This document shows, piece after piece, positions 51,301 through 63,061 of a stretch of 64,000 bases of DNA. The first letter of the stretch is position 1, and each line of letters begins with the position of its first letter. Source of the DNA: Mytilus californianus (Eukaryota); contig NW_026262593.1 of NCBI RefSeq assembly GCF_021869535.1, positions 13,268,001 to 13,332,000 on the forward strand, read 5' to 3'. A model generated the notes under the pieces. That model was not told the origin of the DNA and made no database searches. It saw nothing but the letters and a program-made list of their open reading frames with translations. Both the position numbers and the translations under genes were made by a program.

Positions 51301-54300
51301 GAACTCCTTTGGGTCTTTCTATGATTGGTATATTCGCTTCAGCCTTAGAGAGTCCCTAAAATATAATAAGTGTATTGATTATTTGGAATCACTACACAAT
51401 TGCTGTATTGATAATATGAGGCACGTGTAACCTGGGAAAGAGGACAAATATTGTTTTAGTTCATGATACTGCTTGGTTTTCAAGAAATTCCGGTCTATTC
51501 AGAATAGTCTCTTATGTATATATTAAGAATTGCAAATGGGGACCTGTTTATTGCCAAATAAAAGGAAATTATCTAGGGGAAAAACCAATGTCCTCTTTTG
51601 ATTAAACTGCTTTTAAATTTCGTAACAAAATCTTATCATTAGCAGACCTGTTCTTTAGCAGCAATCTGGTACTGCAATTCTCTGTCTCGTAGCTTCCTCC
51701 ATGTGCTGAAGTATTTACTCAATGGGGTACCAATATTCTTACACTGTTGTTCCCATGCTGTCTGTAAAAGATAAAGAAATTATAATTGTTTTATTTATTT
51801 CAAAATTAGTTGCAGATAGCAAGTATTTTGTAAAATGTAAACTTTAAAAGGATTATGGCCATGAAGGCTTTAAATTGGCCCTAAAAATCAAACTTTTATA
51901 GCTATGCAGTATCAGTTTTGCTAATTGTTGAATGCCTTACTATGAACTACAGTTGTCAACTTCTATGTAATTTGGTCGCTGGTGGAGTGTTGTCTCACTG
52001 GCAATCATACCACAACTCTTCCTATTTCTATATTTGTAATACTATATGTAAAATCCATTATTTACAATCTTAAATATATATAAACTATACACTTTTGTTG
52101 TCTGTTGTTCGTTTTAAAAGTGTTGACAGCCTCAAAAGTATAATATTTTACAAATTTTTAGCCAAGTGTCTGTGTTTATGTTTTTGTTAGGTATATTTCC
52201 TTCTGGAAAACATTATTAAAAGATGCAATTGTTTCGATTAATTTTCTTTACAAAATACTATGGTGGTCCTTGCATGTGCCCAATGTCATATGAAGCGAAA
52301 ACTACAAAGGTTAAGACGAAAAATTGGTCAATTGGATTTTCTTCATAAGATTACAAAACTATGACGTCATAATGACATCACAATTAGTCTTATACGTCAG
52401 AGCATGTTGATTTTGTATTTGTCAGAAATTTTAAAATAATTTGTCAACCTTTTTATGTTTATTACTCAAGTTGTGACAGAATTTAAGGGTCAATATGGAC
52501 CCTTTGTGAAACTACTCCTTTTACTATAAACTTAATTTACTAGTTTTATCAGTCAAGACAATGGTTACTTCAAATACTGATGATCTACTAGAAAATATTT
52601 CATGTTAAAACCAATAACAAGTCAATGGTATCTGTAACTTTTTCTTCATCTTACATGTTAAAGTAAAATCGAAACAGAATAATCTTAGGGCTATTGCATA
52701 TTTACCTTCATAAGTTCAACACAAATATATACAGTAAAAATATGGGAATGACAATAAGTAACTTGATGCATGCTTTTTATGTTGATAGGTTGTTTCGTAT
52801 AATGTTTAAATTGATGTTACTATACCTATGCAGACTTAGTTACACTTTTTTTGCTTGACTCTTTCAATCTATTTTCGGATTAGAAAGACTAGTATATATA
52901 CATGAACCGGTGACAGAGGTTTTTACAGCTTGGATATATTTGTTGTAGTTAGCCTTGTATTACATCTCGCTTTTCTTTGCTACTACACAATTTAGAACTA
53001 TTCTATAAAGGTTAGAATAAAAAGGAAATCTAACGAAGTAGGATGTGTAAAACGGCAATCTAGCGCCGTAGGCTGTGTCAAAGAGCAATCTAGGGCCGTA
53101 GGCTGTGTCAAAGAGCAATCTAGCGCCGTAGGCTGTGTCAAAGAGCAATCTAGTGCCGTAGGCTGTGTCAAAGAGAAATATAGCGCTGTAGGTTGTGTCA
53201 AATGGCAATCTAGTGCCATAGGCTGTTTAAAACGGCAATCTAGCACCGTAGGCTATAGTGGGAAACTAACGAATAAAAGACAGCAGAAAATGTTTTATTA
53301 CATAAAAACACACATGTGTCTTTATGTCAATGTGTTTATGTGTTGATGTGCCGATGTGTCTATGTGTTGATGTGTTAATGTATCATTGAAGACTACGTTT
53401 TCAGGCATACATAATATTTGATACAGGTCTCATACATATCCTTGCTTCTGTATGAATATGTAATTTGGTAAGGAACTACTTCTACCGTATATTACAGTTG
53501 AGCCAAAAATCTAGTTGTTGATGTATTTATACTTGGTGAAGATCTCCTTGTGAATGTATTTATACTTGGTGAGGATCTTGTTGATGATGATATATTTATA
53601 CTTGGTGAAGATCTTGTTGATGATGATGTATTTATACTTGGTGAAAATCTTGTTGATTATGATATATTTATACTTGATGAAGATCTTGATGATGATGATG
53701 AATTTATACTTGGTGAAGATCTTGTTGATGATGATGTATTTATAATTGGTGAAGATCTATTGTTGATGTATTTATACTTTGTGAACATGTTGTTTTTGAT
53801 GTTGTAATTGGTGATGATCTGCTTGTGAATGTATTGTTTCTTGGTGGAGATCTTGTTGTTGTTGGTGTATTCATACTTGGTGAAGATTTTGTGGATGGTG
53901 TATTTATAGTTGGTGAAGATCTTCTTGTGAATGTATTTATAGTTGGTGAAGATCTTCTTGTGAATGTATTTATACTTAGAAAAGATCTTGGTGTTGTTGA
54001 TGTATTTATAATGGATGAAAATCTTGTTGATGATGATGTACTTATTCTTGGTGAAGATCTTGATGCTGTTAATGTATTTATAATTGGTAAAGATCTTGTT
54101 GATGATGTAGTTGTAATTGGTAAAGGTCTTGTTGATGATGTACTTATACATTGTGAAGATCTTTTTTTGTTGTTGATGTATTTTTAATTAGTGAAGATCT
54201 TGTTGCTTTTGATGTATTTATAATTGGTTATGAACTTGTTGTGGATATATTTATTCTTAGTTTTTTGGGTCAAACTTTACTAAAATTTTCCGTTTATAAA

Positions 54301-57300
54301 TTTTGAAATTATTAAGAAACTAAGGTTTCAACTCCCTCAGGCAAAGTTGGCTTTAGATGAATTTGGCTATTTATTTTAGGTATTTTTTGACATATAGCTC
54401 TTCAACAATTTTGGTATTTATACAGCTTCGGATTTTAAATGTTTGGCTTTGAGCGTTCCTGATGAAGGTAAATCCAGAAAAGCGCTTCGGACGCAAAAAT
54501 TATTAAACGTGTTGTTTTCAATTTTTTACATCACTGGGTCGATACCTCTGCTGGTGGACTATCAGTCCCCAAGGGTATCATCAGCTCAGTAGTCAGTACT
54601 TCGGTACTGACATGATTTACCAAACTTTACTAAAATTTTCCGTTTATAAATTTTGAAATTATTAAGAAACTAAGGTTTCAACTCCCTCAGGCAAAGTTGG
54701 CTTTAGATAAATTTGGCTATCTATTTTAGGTATTTTTGACATATAGCTCTTCAACGGTTTCGTTATTTATACATCTTCGGATTTTAAATGTTTGGCTTTG
54801 AGCGTTCCTGATGAAGGTAAATCCAGAAAAGCGCTTCGGACGCAAGAAATTATTAAACGTGTTGTTTTCAATTTTATACATCACTGGGTCAATACCTCTT
54901 CTGGTGGACTATCAGTCCCCGATGGTATCATCAGCTCAGTAGTTAGTACTTCGGTACTGACATGATTTAACAAACTTTACTAAAATTTTCCGTTTATAAA
55001 TTTTGAAATTATTAAGAAACTAAGGTTTCAACTCCCTCAGGCAAAGTTGGCTTTAGATGAATTTGGCTATTCACTTTAGGTATTTTTTGACATATATCTC
55101 TTCAATGGTTTCGGTATTTATACATTTTCGGATTTTAAATGTTTGGCTTTGAGCGTTCCTGATGAAGGTAAATCCAGAAAAGCGCCTCGGACGCAAGAAA
55201 TTATTAAACGTGTTGTTTTCAATATTTTATACTAATCTCTAATCCAAAACCTACCGTAACACTAACCCTTATCTCTAACCCTAACCCTAAACCCTAACAA
55301 CAAGTATAAATACATCATCAACAACAAGATATTCTCCAAGTATAAGTACGTCATCAACAAGATCTTCACAAATTATAAATAGATCAACAACATGATCTTC
55401 ACCATGTATAAATACATCAACCACAACAAGATCTTCACCAATAATAAACACATTAACAACAACATGATCTACACAAAGTATAAATACATCAACAATAAGA
55501 TCCTCTCCAAGTATAAATACATCAACAACCAGATCCTCTCCAAGTATAAATACATCAACAACAAGATCCTCTCCAAGTATAAATACATCAACAACAAGAT
55601 CCTCTCCAAGTATAAATATATCAACAACAAGATCTTCACCAAGTATAAACACATCAACAACAACATGATCTACACAAAGTATAAATACATCAACAACCAG
55701 ATCCTCTCTAAGTATGAATACATCAACAACAAGATCCTCTCCAAGTATAAATACATCAACAACAAGATCCTCTCCAAATATAAATACGTCATCAACAAGA
55801 TATTCACCATATATAAATATATCAACAACATGATCTTCACCATATATAAATACATCAACCACAACAAGATCTTCACCAATTATAAACACATCAACAACAA
55901 CAAGATCCTCTCCAAGTATAAATACATCAACAACAAGATCCTCTCCAAGTATAAATACATCAACAACAACATCCTCTCCAAGTATAAATACATCAACAAC
56001 AAGATCCTCTCCAAGTATAAATAAATCAACAACAAGATTCTCTCCAAGTATAAATACATCAACACAAGATCCTCTCCAAGTATAAATACATCAACAACAA
56101 GATCCTCTCCAATTATAAATACATCAACAACAAGATCCATTCCAAGTATAAATATATCAACAACAAGATCTTCACCAAGTATAAATACATCAACAACATG
56201 ATCTTCAACAAGTATAAACACATCAACAACAACAAAATCTTCATCAAGAATAAATACATTCACAAGACGATATTCACCAATTATTAATACATCAACAACA
56301 TGTTCACCAAGTATGAATACATCAACATTAAGATCTTCACCAATTATATATACATCAACGACAACTTATTCTTAAACAAGTATGAATACATCAACAATGT
56401 ACCTGGTTCTTGAAATTCTTGTAAAAAAACAAGCTTAAAATCAATGCTACTCTTGTCATAGCCCTATGAGTTGAGAGTACTTAATTATGTATTTAAGATT
56501 TTGTGTATGATCAAATCTAAATTACTTTTGACTAAATCAACTGATATTGGACCCAAAATCAAATTCTGAATATGACACTAGTAATCTGCCAATAAAAGGT
56601 CTGAATCATCATAGTATTATAAGAGTTTATTCAGTGGTCTTTTTATATTGATCTGTACACAATACACTGATTCGCATAATCTGGTCTGCTGATGTCAGAT
56701 TATATTTTTCTTAGTTTAAGGACCATTTGAAGTATAAATCATACTGGTCTTTTAATTTTTAGTCTAATTTATTTTTGAGTTGTCTGCCTTATAACATAAA
56801 ATTGAAGTATTTCATTTAAAAAGTCAAACATTTTCCTATTAACAATTTTTTTCAGGCCGAGATATTTCTTAGGAAATTGAAAAGTTTGTAAGTTTGTTAA
56901 CAACAGGCATTAGCATGGACTAAGAAAGGTTTCTTATTATAAATTACAGTATATGAGATTTAAATAAATAAATATGTACATATCTTTTAATATTTTGTGT
57001 CAAGTAGTTGCTGTCTCACTACCTATACTAAGTGTTTCCTTTTATTCCTAGAAATTCTTATCAATTAAATAACATATAAATTGAAAATGCATCTTGAATA
57101 TAATCTAAGTCATTATAACATAAAATAACTAACTAAATACATTTGAATTGTAAATATTGTAAACATAAGATAGTATTAAAAGATAATTTAAATACTGCTA
57201 TTTATAGACAGTAGGGACAAGGAAGTAAAAAAACATACATCTTTAAAAATGGCCTTTGCAAGTTCTTTACAAAAAGGACAAATTCCAGTAGGATGTGAGA

Positions 57301-60300
57301 TATGCCAAGGTAAAAATAAGATTGAATTCAAATGTCTGGACTGTAACCTTTTAATGTGCAGTGGGTGCAGGGATAGAGTCCACTTAAGGATTGCTAAAGA
57401 TCATCAGATAACTGATATAACGGATATAGGTAAACATGTTACTTTCAGTGAAATTAAGTGTGAAAACCATAAAGGACAGGCATGCTGCCTTTTCTGTCAA
57501 ACCTGTAAAACATTTATCTCTCCAAAGTGTATAGCCAAAGTTCATAATGGACATGAGTTAATTGAAGAAGAAGACTACAATGAAGGCAAGGTAGAAATGA
57601 AGCCAAAACAGCAGAGTAAAATTAAGTTTAAGATATCCAAAGAATATAAAACAGATCTTACCTCTATTCACCATTTAGTAGTATGTTCTGATGGTTCTAT
57701 GTGGATAGGGGATAGTATCAGATCAAAGTTACAACATGTCAAACTCAGGGAGAATATGACTGAAGTTATAACAAGTTTAAACACTAAGATTTATGGAATG
57801 GCAAAAACTCATTTAAATAACATTCTTGTTATAACAAGTGGGACTAAACTAAAACTAATCAACACCATGACAGGACAGATGACAGATTCCAGGTATGATG
57901 TAAAACCATTATATCCAAGCTGTATACATGTAACCAGTGATCAGAAAGTCATCATAGGAGCCTGGACTGGAAGTGAGATAGTCCCTGTCACAGGAAGACG
58001 TGTAGTGATAGTAATGGATCAGGAAGGAAAACAACTAAAGGAATATGAACATGACAAACATAACAAACGATTACTTACCTACTCTGCATTGATAACAAGT
58101 ACCAGTAATGGTAATATCTGTGTGGTAGATTATACTAACAGAGGTAGAGTGGTAGTGTTATCACCAGGAGGAGACATTCTAGGAACTTACACTGGTCACC
58201 CTGATGTCAACACAGAGGATGATCCATTGAAACCTGTAGGAATACTAACAACACCATCAGATAATATTGTTGTTACAGATCTGGACAATCATTTATTGCA
58301 TATACTCACTAACCAAGGACAAATTATTACCTACTACAACATCCGTGACATAGGGATCTTATTTCCTCTCTCCCTTGCTCTGTCTACATCAGGAACTATC
58401 TATATAGGATGTGTTAATAAGAAAGGAAGTACAGACACTACAAAGGCCAAACTTTATGAGTTGGCATATTCTGGAATCTAGTGATCACAAGGTTCAAAAC
58501 AAAATTGATAAATATTTGATAAGAAAAAAGATTCAGAACTGGTATACTGAGGAATCAAAGGACAAGTTGAAAAGACTATTGCCAAATTAATCACTAAGAA
58601 TTAAAGAACAAATAGAATTTATATTGTAAGCATATTTATAAATGTTAATTATTATATCAGAAAATGTTCTCTTCACCAACGACAAATTCATGTTACAAAA
58701 CTGAACATTTTTATACTTATATCAAAACTGGGAGTCAGATTTCTGTAAATGTCATTTGTATTTTCTTCCTATCTAACTAAACAGTGAATAAGGTTGAAAA
58801 ATATATTTTTACAGTGTTAATTAGGTCATCTTCCAAATAAGTATGTGGAAATGCCACATAGCTCTAGCAAAAAAAAAAATGTATCTGAAGAGTAAAATTA
58901 CAAAAAAACAGGCAAATGTATAATAGTGATTTTATCAGGGAAGTTTTCAATTTGTTGTGTTGTATTATTATAAACTGGTGGTTTGGGAATTTATAATTAG
59001 TCAAGAGTTCATTTCAAATATAATTCAATAGTTTAAGGAAAAACCATGAGTGACAAGAAGGTATACCTGTTGTTAACGTGGAATGCCTGAATTTTTATGA
59101 TAATGATGGATTGGTATTTAATGTATTGTGGCAAATATTACAAACATATCAGGACAATAACATGTTAATGACATATGAATATGAACCCTACTTTGAACTA
59201 AACTAAAAACCTTAGTCAGATGTTTAACATGCTAGGTCACAAGGTAACACTCGAAAGGAAGGCATGACCCCACATGAACATATTATTCTGATACTGAGGC
59301 GAACGGTCTTTGCTCTTACTACTTACAGCACCGTGCTAGGAAGAGTTTCAAGTCTTAAGTTTTACCCAACAGGGTATCCAACATACAATCTCCAACACTT
59401 GAGATGAGCCTGCTACCAAGAGACCACCGAGACAATTATTTATTTTTCAATTGAAGCATTTATAATGAGCATTTATTTTTCAATTGAAGCATTTATAATG
59501 AGCATAACTAAATTTGGAGTTTAGTATGACGTACATTATCACTGACCTAGTATACATATTTGTTTAGGGGCCATCTGAAGGACGCCTCCGGGTGCGGGAG
59601 TTTCTCGCTGCATTGAAGACCCATTGGTGGCCTTCGGTTGTTGTCTGCTCTATGGTCGGGTTGTAGTCTCTTTGACACATTCCCCATTTCCATTCTCCAT
59701 TTTATTACCAACATAGACGTCTATTAAAAACTTTCAATCAAAATTTCCAAAGTATAAATCTTTATACTCGATTGATCGATTTTTTGTCAAGTAAAAAAAA
59801 CACCTTCTGACTTATTTTTTTTGTTACTATAATTTATGTATGTTATGCTTAGCATGTTTAGAGGTATATTGTTTTTTTAAATATAAAATTAAAATTATTT
59901 GTTGCTAATTTTATTTAACTCAGTACATAAAACATAAAAACTTACAATAGCTTTATCATCAGAGATACTGAAGGACACAGATTTTCTCCTGTCTGTAATA
60001 AACTTTGATGTCTCCTGAACTTTGTCCACTATCTGTTTTATTTGTTTACAGTAGTTTGCTATTTTACATTTCTTCAGAAATTCTTTCATCTGAAATTCAT
60101 TCAATTAATATTGATTTTTCCATTCAAATGAAGAAAGGACAGTTACTATTCTTCTGCAGAGTTGGTTAAAGTGTATTCATGCATTAGTAACAAAAGTATG
60201 AATATGCATTAGTAACAAAAGTATATGTATGCATTAGTAACAAAAGTATGAATATGCATTAGTAACAAAAAAAATATACTGAAAGTAAATTACAATTGCA

Positions 60301-60950
60301 GTGTGTTATCACTTTTTAAAGATGGTTAAAATTAATAACAAAATTTGAAAAACAAGTTATTATGTTGGTTTTCTGGTGTGTAAAATGTTTCACATTTTGT
60401 CATGTTGAGGTCTTTTATAGCTGACTATATGCTATGGGTTTGGCTTATTGTTAAAGGTCGTACAGTTGCCTATAGTTGCTTAAAGGCACATTGTTTGGAC
60501 ATTGGTGGATCCGTTTTCCACAGATATTATTTTTGTTACGTTATTTATTTGTGAAATAATAAAAAAAAAAACACCTCTTGCAAAATTATTCAATAACTTA
60601 GTTGTGTAAAGCTTTCCATATCCATTAGGACTAGATTGTCTTTTCAAAAAGGGGTGTTCCAGCCATTCCTTATTTTTTGTATAAGTACTGATCAGAAAAT
60701 TACATTAACAAATCACAAGGGACAAAAAAAATATAGTTCAGTATATTAATTATCACCAATGAATTTTGTACAATACTTGTTGAATTAGAAAGTTTGAAGC
60801 ATCATTTAACATATCTGAAATGTAGACAAATAACCCTGATTATATTACCTGAAGTATTGATGGTAAAACCAGTTCAGGAAAACCAATCTTATGAGCATGG
60901 ATGTTAAAATGGTCCATAAATAGTTCATATAACTGGTCAATGATGCCATC
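48383..60950 (-). CDS. NOC2L: Nucleolar complex protein 2 homolog, last six coding exons: 60950-60849, 60089-59946, 51761-51648, 51355-51219, 49818-49756, 48629-48383 (5' exons lie beyond the window)
   Basis: All junctions are GT-AG and in phase. The protein reads DGIIDQLYELFMDHFNIHAHKIGFPELVLPSILQ|MKEFLKKCKIANYCKQIKQIVDKVQETSKFITDRRKSVSF..|TAWEQQCKNIGTPLSKYFSTWRKLRDRE..|..EFSALFESDSDD..| acidic tail ending EDIVKEFTMSDSD*, matching the Noc2 C-terminal region. Confidence 0.93.
53040..53253. repeat. 30-bp minisatellite, about 7 copies (ggctgtgtcaaagagcaatctagcgccgta)
   Basis: Directly visible; it explains the 10-aa-repeat ORFs 52960-53208 and 52998-53246. Confidence 0.9.
53505..54260 (+). repeat. 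~33-bp minisatellite, left arm (gttgatgtatttatacttggtgaagatctt orientation)
   Basis: Directly visible, with diverged units of 30-36 bp. Confidence 0.9.
54453..54494 (+). ncRNA. Type I hammerhead ribozyme 1 (cleavage after 54488)
   Basis: GCGTTC / CTGATGA / aGG-taaat-CCa / GAAA / AGCGCT / TC / GGACGC. Stem I is 6 bp and stem III is the palindrome AAGCGCTT. Confidence 0.85.
54802..54843 (+). ncRNA. Type I hammerhead ribozyme 2 (cleavage after 54837)
   Basis: Motif identical to ribozyme 1. Confidence 0.85.
55153..55194 (+). ncRNA. Type I hammerhead ribozyme 3 (cleavage after 55188; stem III palindrome broken)
   Basis: Same core, but AGCGCT>AGCGCC at 55186. Confidence 0.75.
55231..55298 (+). 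repeat. Degenerate telomere-like (CCCTAA)n tract
   Basis: actaatctctaatccaaaacctaccgtaacactaacccttatct followed by CTAACCCTAACCCTAAACCCTAAC (55275-55298). Confidence 0.75.
55297..56400 (-). repeat. 33-bp minisatellite, right arm (gatcctctccaagtataaatacatcaacaacaa), opposite orientation to 53505-54260
   Basis: The unit is the reverse complement of the left-arm unit; about 33 copies, with a more homogeneous centre. Confidence 0.92.
57249..58481 (+). CDS. TRIM-like protein: two B-boxes + NHL-like beta-propeller, intronless CDS, nested antisense in a NOC2L intron
   Basis: 410-aa ORF. B-box1 CEIC..CLDC..MCSGC..VH..DH; B-box2 CENH..CQTC..SPKC..VHNGH. Propeller repeats GSMWIGD, GNICVVD, DNIVVTD, GTIYIGC. 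An upstream acceptor ctatttatag at 57207 implies a 5' UTR exon. Confidence 0.88.
   Translation: MAFASSLQKGQIPVGCEICQGKNKIEFKCLDCNLLMCSGCRDRVHLRIAKDHQITDITDIGKHVTFSEIKCENHKGQACCLFCQTCKTFISPKCIAKVHNGHELIEEEDYNEGKVEMKPKQQSKIKFKISKEYKTDLTSIHHLVVCSDGSMWIGDSIRSKLQHVKLRENMTEVITSLNTKIYGMAKTHLNNILVITSGTKLKLINTMTGQMTDSRYDVKPLYPSCIHVTSDQKVIIGAWTGSEIVPVTGRRVVIVMDQEGKQLKEYEHDKHNKRLLTYSALITSTSNGNICVVDYTNRGRVVVLSPGGDILGTYTGHPDVNTEDDPLKPVGILTTPSDNIVVTDLDNHLLHILTNQGQIITYYNIRDIGILFPLSLALSTSGTIYIGCVNKKGSTDTTKAKLYELAYSGI
60180..60272. repeat. 25-bp tandem repeat, about 3.7 copies (tgcattagtaacaaaagtatgaata)
   Basis: Directly visible. Confidence 0.9.
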
Positions 60951-62940
60951 CTGAAAAATAATGTTAGATTTACCTCCCTTTGTACAGTCAATACATAAAA
61001 CACAGATCTTGGTTAAAAAAATAATTTCAAACCAATTATATATATTCCTTACATATATATTCCGTTTAGAATGTATTGTTAAATATGTATATATCACACT
61101 AAATTAATTTTTATTCAAGTGAGTAAATAAAAAAAAACAGTATAATAGTATGAGATAATTTTTCATTATCTATGTGTTTTTTTTTATATAAATATGGCTG
61201 GATTAAGATGGAATATTATACTGTAAACCAACTAATTTACGCAAGCCATTTTTTTTGTGAGTAGAAAAATATCCCGAACATAAATCACTTGGGTCTTCCT
61301 TATACAAATGCATAAAATAAAACTAGTAAATCATGAAAATAAATTGCAGCAAAGTCATCTGAAAAGAAATAAAGTATCTGTGAAAATAAGTTTGTTTACA
61401 GTTACATGACATTTGCTTAGCTTATTATCATTTCATGAGTTGTATATAGTATTGATGTTTTTTTATGTTTGTTTATTTGTTCATAGTATGATATGTTTTG
61501 TTTTTATAAAGATTTATTAACTTAGCCTGAGTGTCCTATTCCTATTTTAATACTGTGTGTTCAATTTCATTTTTTTTAAATGTTAACATTTAGTTTGTGA
61601 AGAAATTGTAGAATTCTCCTAATTAAGCAGTATTTATTTAATTTTCATCTGGTAGGTCCCATATGCAGATCAATTTCATTATATCGGAAACCTCTTTAGT
61701 TTTTGTAATATAGTTAAAAACATTTCTAAATATTTCTTGATTTTGTTCACATTTTCAATTTACACTACCATTAGTCTACAACTCTAGATTAAAATCAAGG
61801 TCAGTTACAAGTTCCTGTTTAATAAAAATTTTACTAAAATCACCTTCAAATTGCATAAAAAAAGATCAATTAAATATAAATAAGAAATTTTGATATACTA
61901 TTGTGTAAAAATGTACATGTAATAACAATGTTTATAGTTTTGAGTTTGCTGTTGGTGGTTGAAATAGCTTGCTGTAGTGCTGAAAAGTATTGCCTGTTAT
62001 TATAATGTTGTTTACTGTACTCATTATTAATGTACTGTGAATTCATTATTATTCATGGTATACCGATTTTCGTGGATTTCATGGGTAAACGTGAACCACA
62101 TATTTAAATGTTCAATGAAGTATACAATATTTATATTAGGTTTTGACTTTTCAAATATTTTGGCATTGAGCTTACTGAAGAGACATTATCTGTCGAAATG
62201 GGCATCTGGTGCAGTAAAATTGGTATCGTTTGTATTATTATAGGCTTGTATGCAGCCTTCGGCAAAATCATGAAATCAAATATCCACGAAAATACAAATT
62301 TTAAAAAAATCCATGAAAAATAATCAAATCTCCAGTTATTATTACTCTGAAATGACGCTTATTCATGTACATCTAATTTTATAAATGATCAATCTAAAAA
62401 ATATCTAAATGTTTAAAAACCGAAGTGAAAATATTTTAAGTTCATAATATAGGATATTGTTAAACATTCATACTCATTTTGAAGATACTTTTTAAAACAA
62501 CCCAGAATGCATCAGATTCAGGGGTAAAAAGGTCTTTTGTGCCCAAATTCCTTTCATGGAGCCCAGTAATTCAAACATTTTATTATTATTAATGATATAA
62601 ACAAAATTACCTTAAAAGACTTCACTACTAGCTGTGCTTTAGATAACTTCAGAATACAGGCAAAATTTAACGGTTTGAAACTGATACTTTTATGCTCTTG
62701 TTGAAGTCTATCAGCTCAAACACCTGCAAATCAATATTTAAAATACTTTGAAAATTGAAATTTCACTGAACAGAACAGTTTTAAACATTGTTGATGTCTT
62801 TTAAATGTCATGTCTATTCAGCATAAAGAGTGAGTTATCTCCGTTATAAATGTTAATTATATGGTAAAGTATTACTAATTCAAAGAACAATGAGTTATCT
62901 CCTTTATAAATCGTAAATATAGATTCTACCACTGCATCAA

Positions 62941-63061
62941 GTGTGATACAATATTTCTCCTCTCGAGACAGTTAAATTTTCAGATTTAAAAAGAAAGGTT
63001 CGACGAGGGGTTTAAATGTTTAAAATTGAACTGTCAAGAGGGGAGAAATATCGTATTGCAC
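62941..63061. mobile_element. ~120-bp imperfect palindrome (small foldback element)
   Basis: gtgtgatacaatatttctcctctcgagacagtt pairs with aactgtcaagaggggagaaatatcgtattgcac. Confidence 0.7.

Larger units (their letters stand above)
54271..55232 (+). mobile_element. Tandem array of 350-bp non-LTR retrozyme units (2.75 copies)
   Basis: Units start at 54271, 54621 and 54971, are near-identical and non-coding, and each carries a hammerhead motif. Hammerhead tandem repeats of about this size have been reported in mussels as non-LTR retrozymes. Confidence 0.88.

Noticed and set aside
52960-53246. 10-aa repeat ORFs (LLFDTAYGAR / CSLTQPTALD)
   Set aside because: They are translations of the 30-bp minisatellite.
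54530-54590. CTGATGA on the minus strand of the retrozyme unit, suggesting an opposite-polarity hammerhead as in viroid-like RNAs
   Set aside because: The following stem (TACC...GGTA) is followed by TCGAC, not GAAA, in both full units, so there is no hammerhead core.
53550-56263. Long repetitive ORFs on both strands (VDVFILGEDLV, ILSKYKYINNK, LLMYLYLERIL repeats)
   Set aside because: They are a by-product of a 33-bp (multiple of 3) satellite with stop-free frames. There are no unique flanking coding sequences or splice signals.
53040-56400. Regular repeats resembling a CRISPR array
   Set aside because: The units are contiguous with no unique spacers, the context is eukaryotic, and there are no cas genes.
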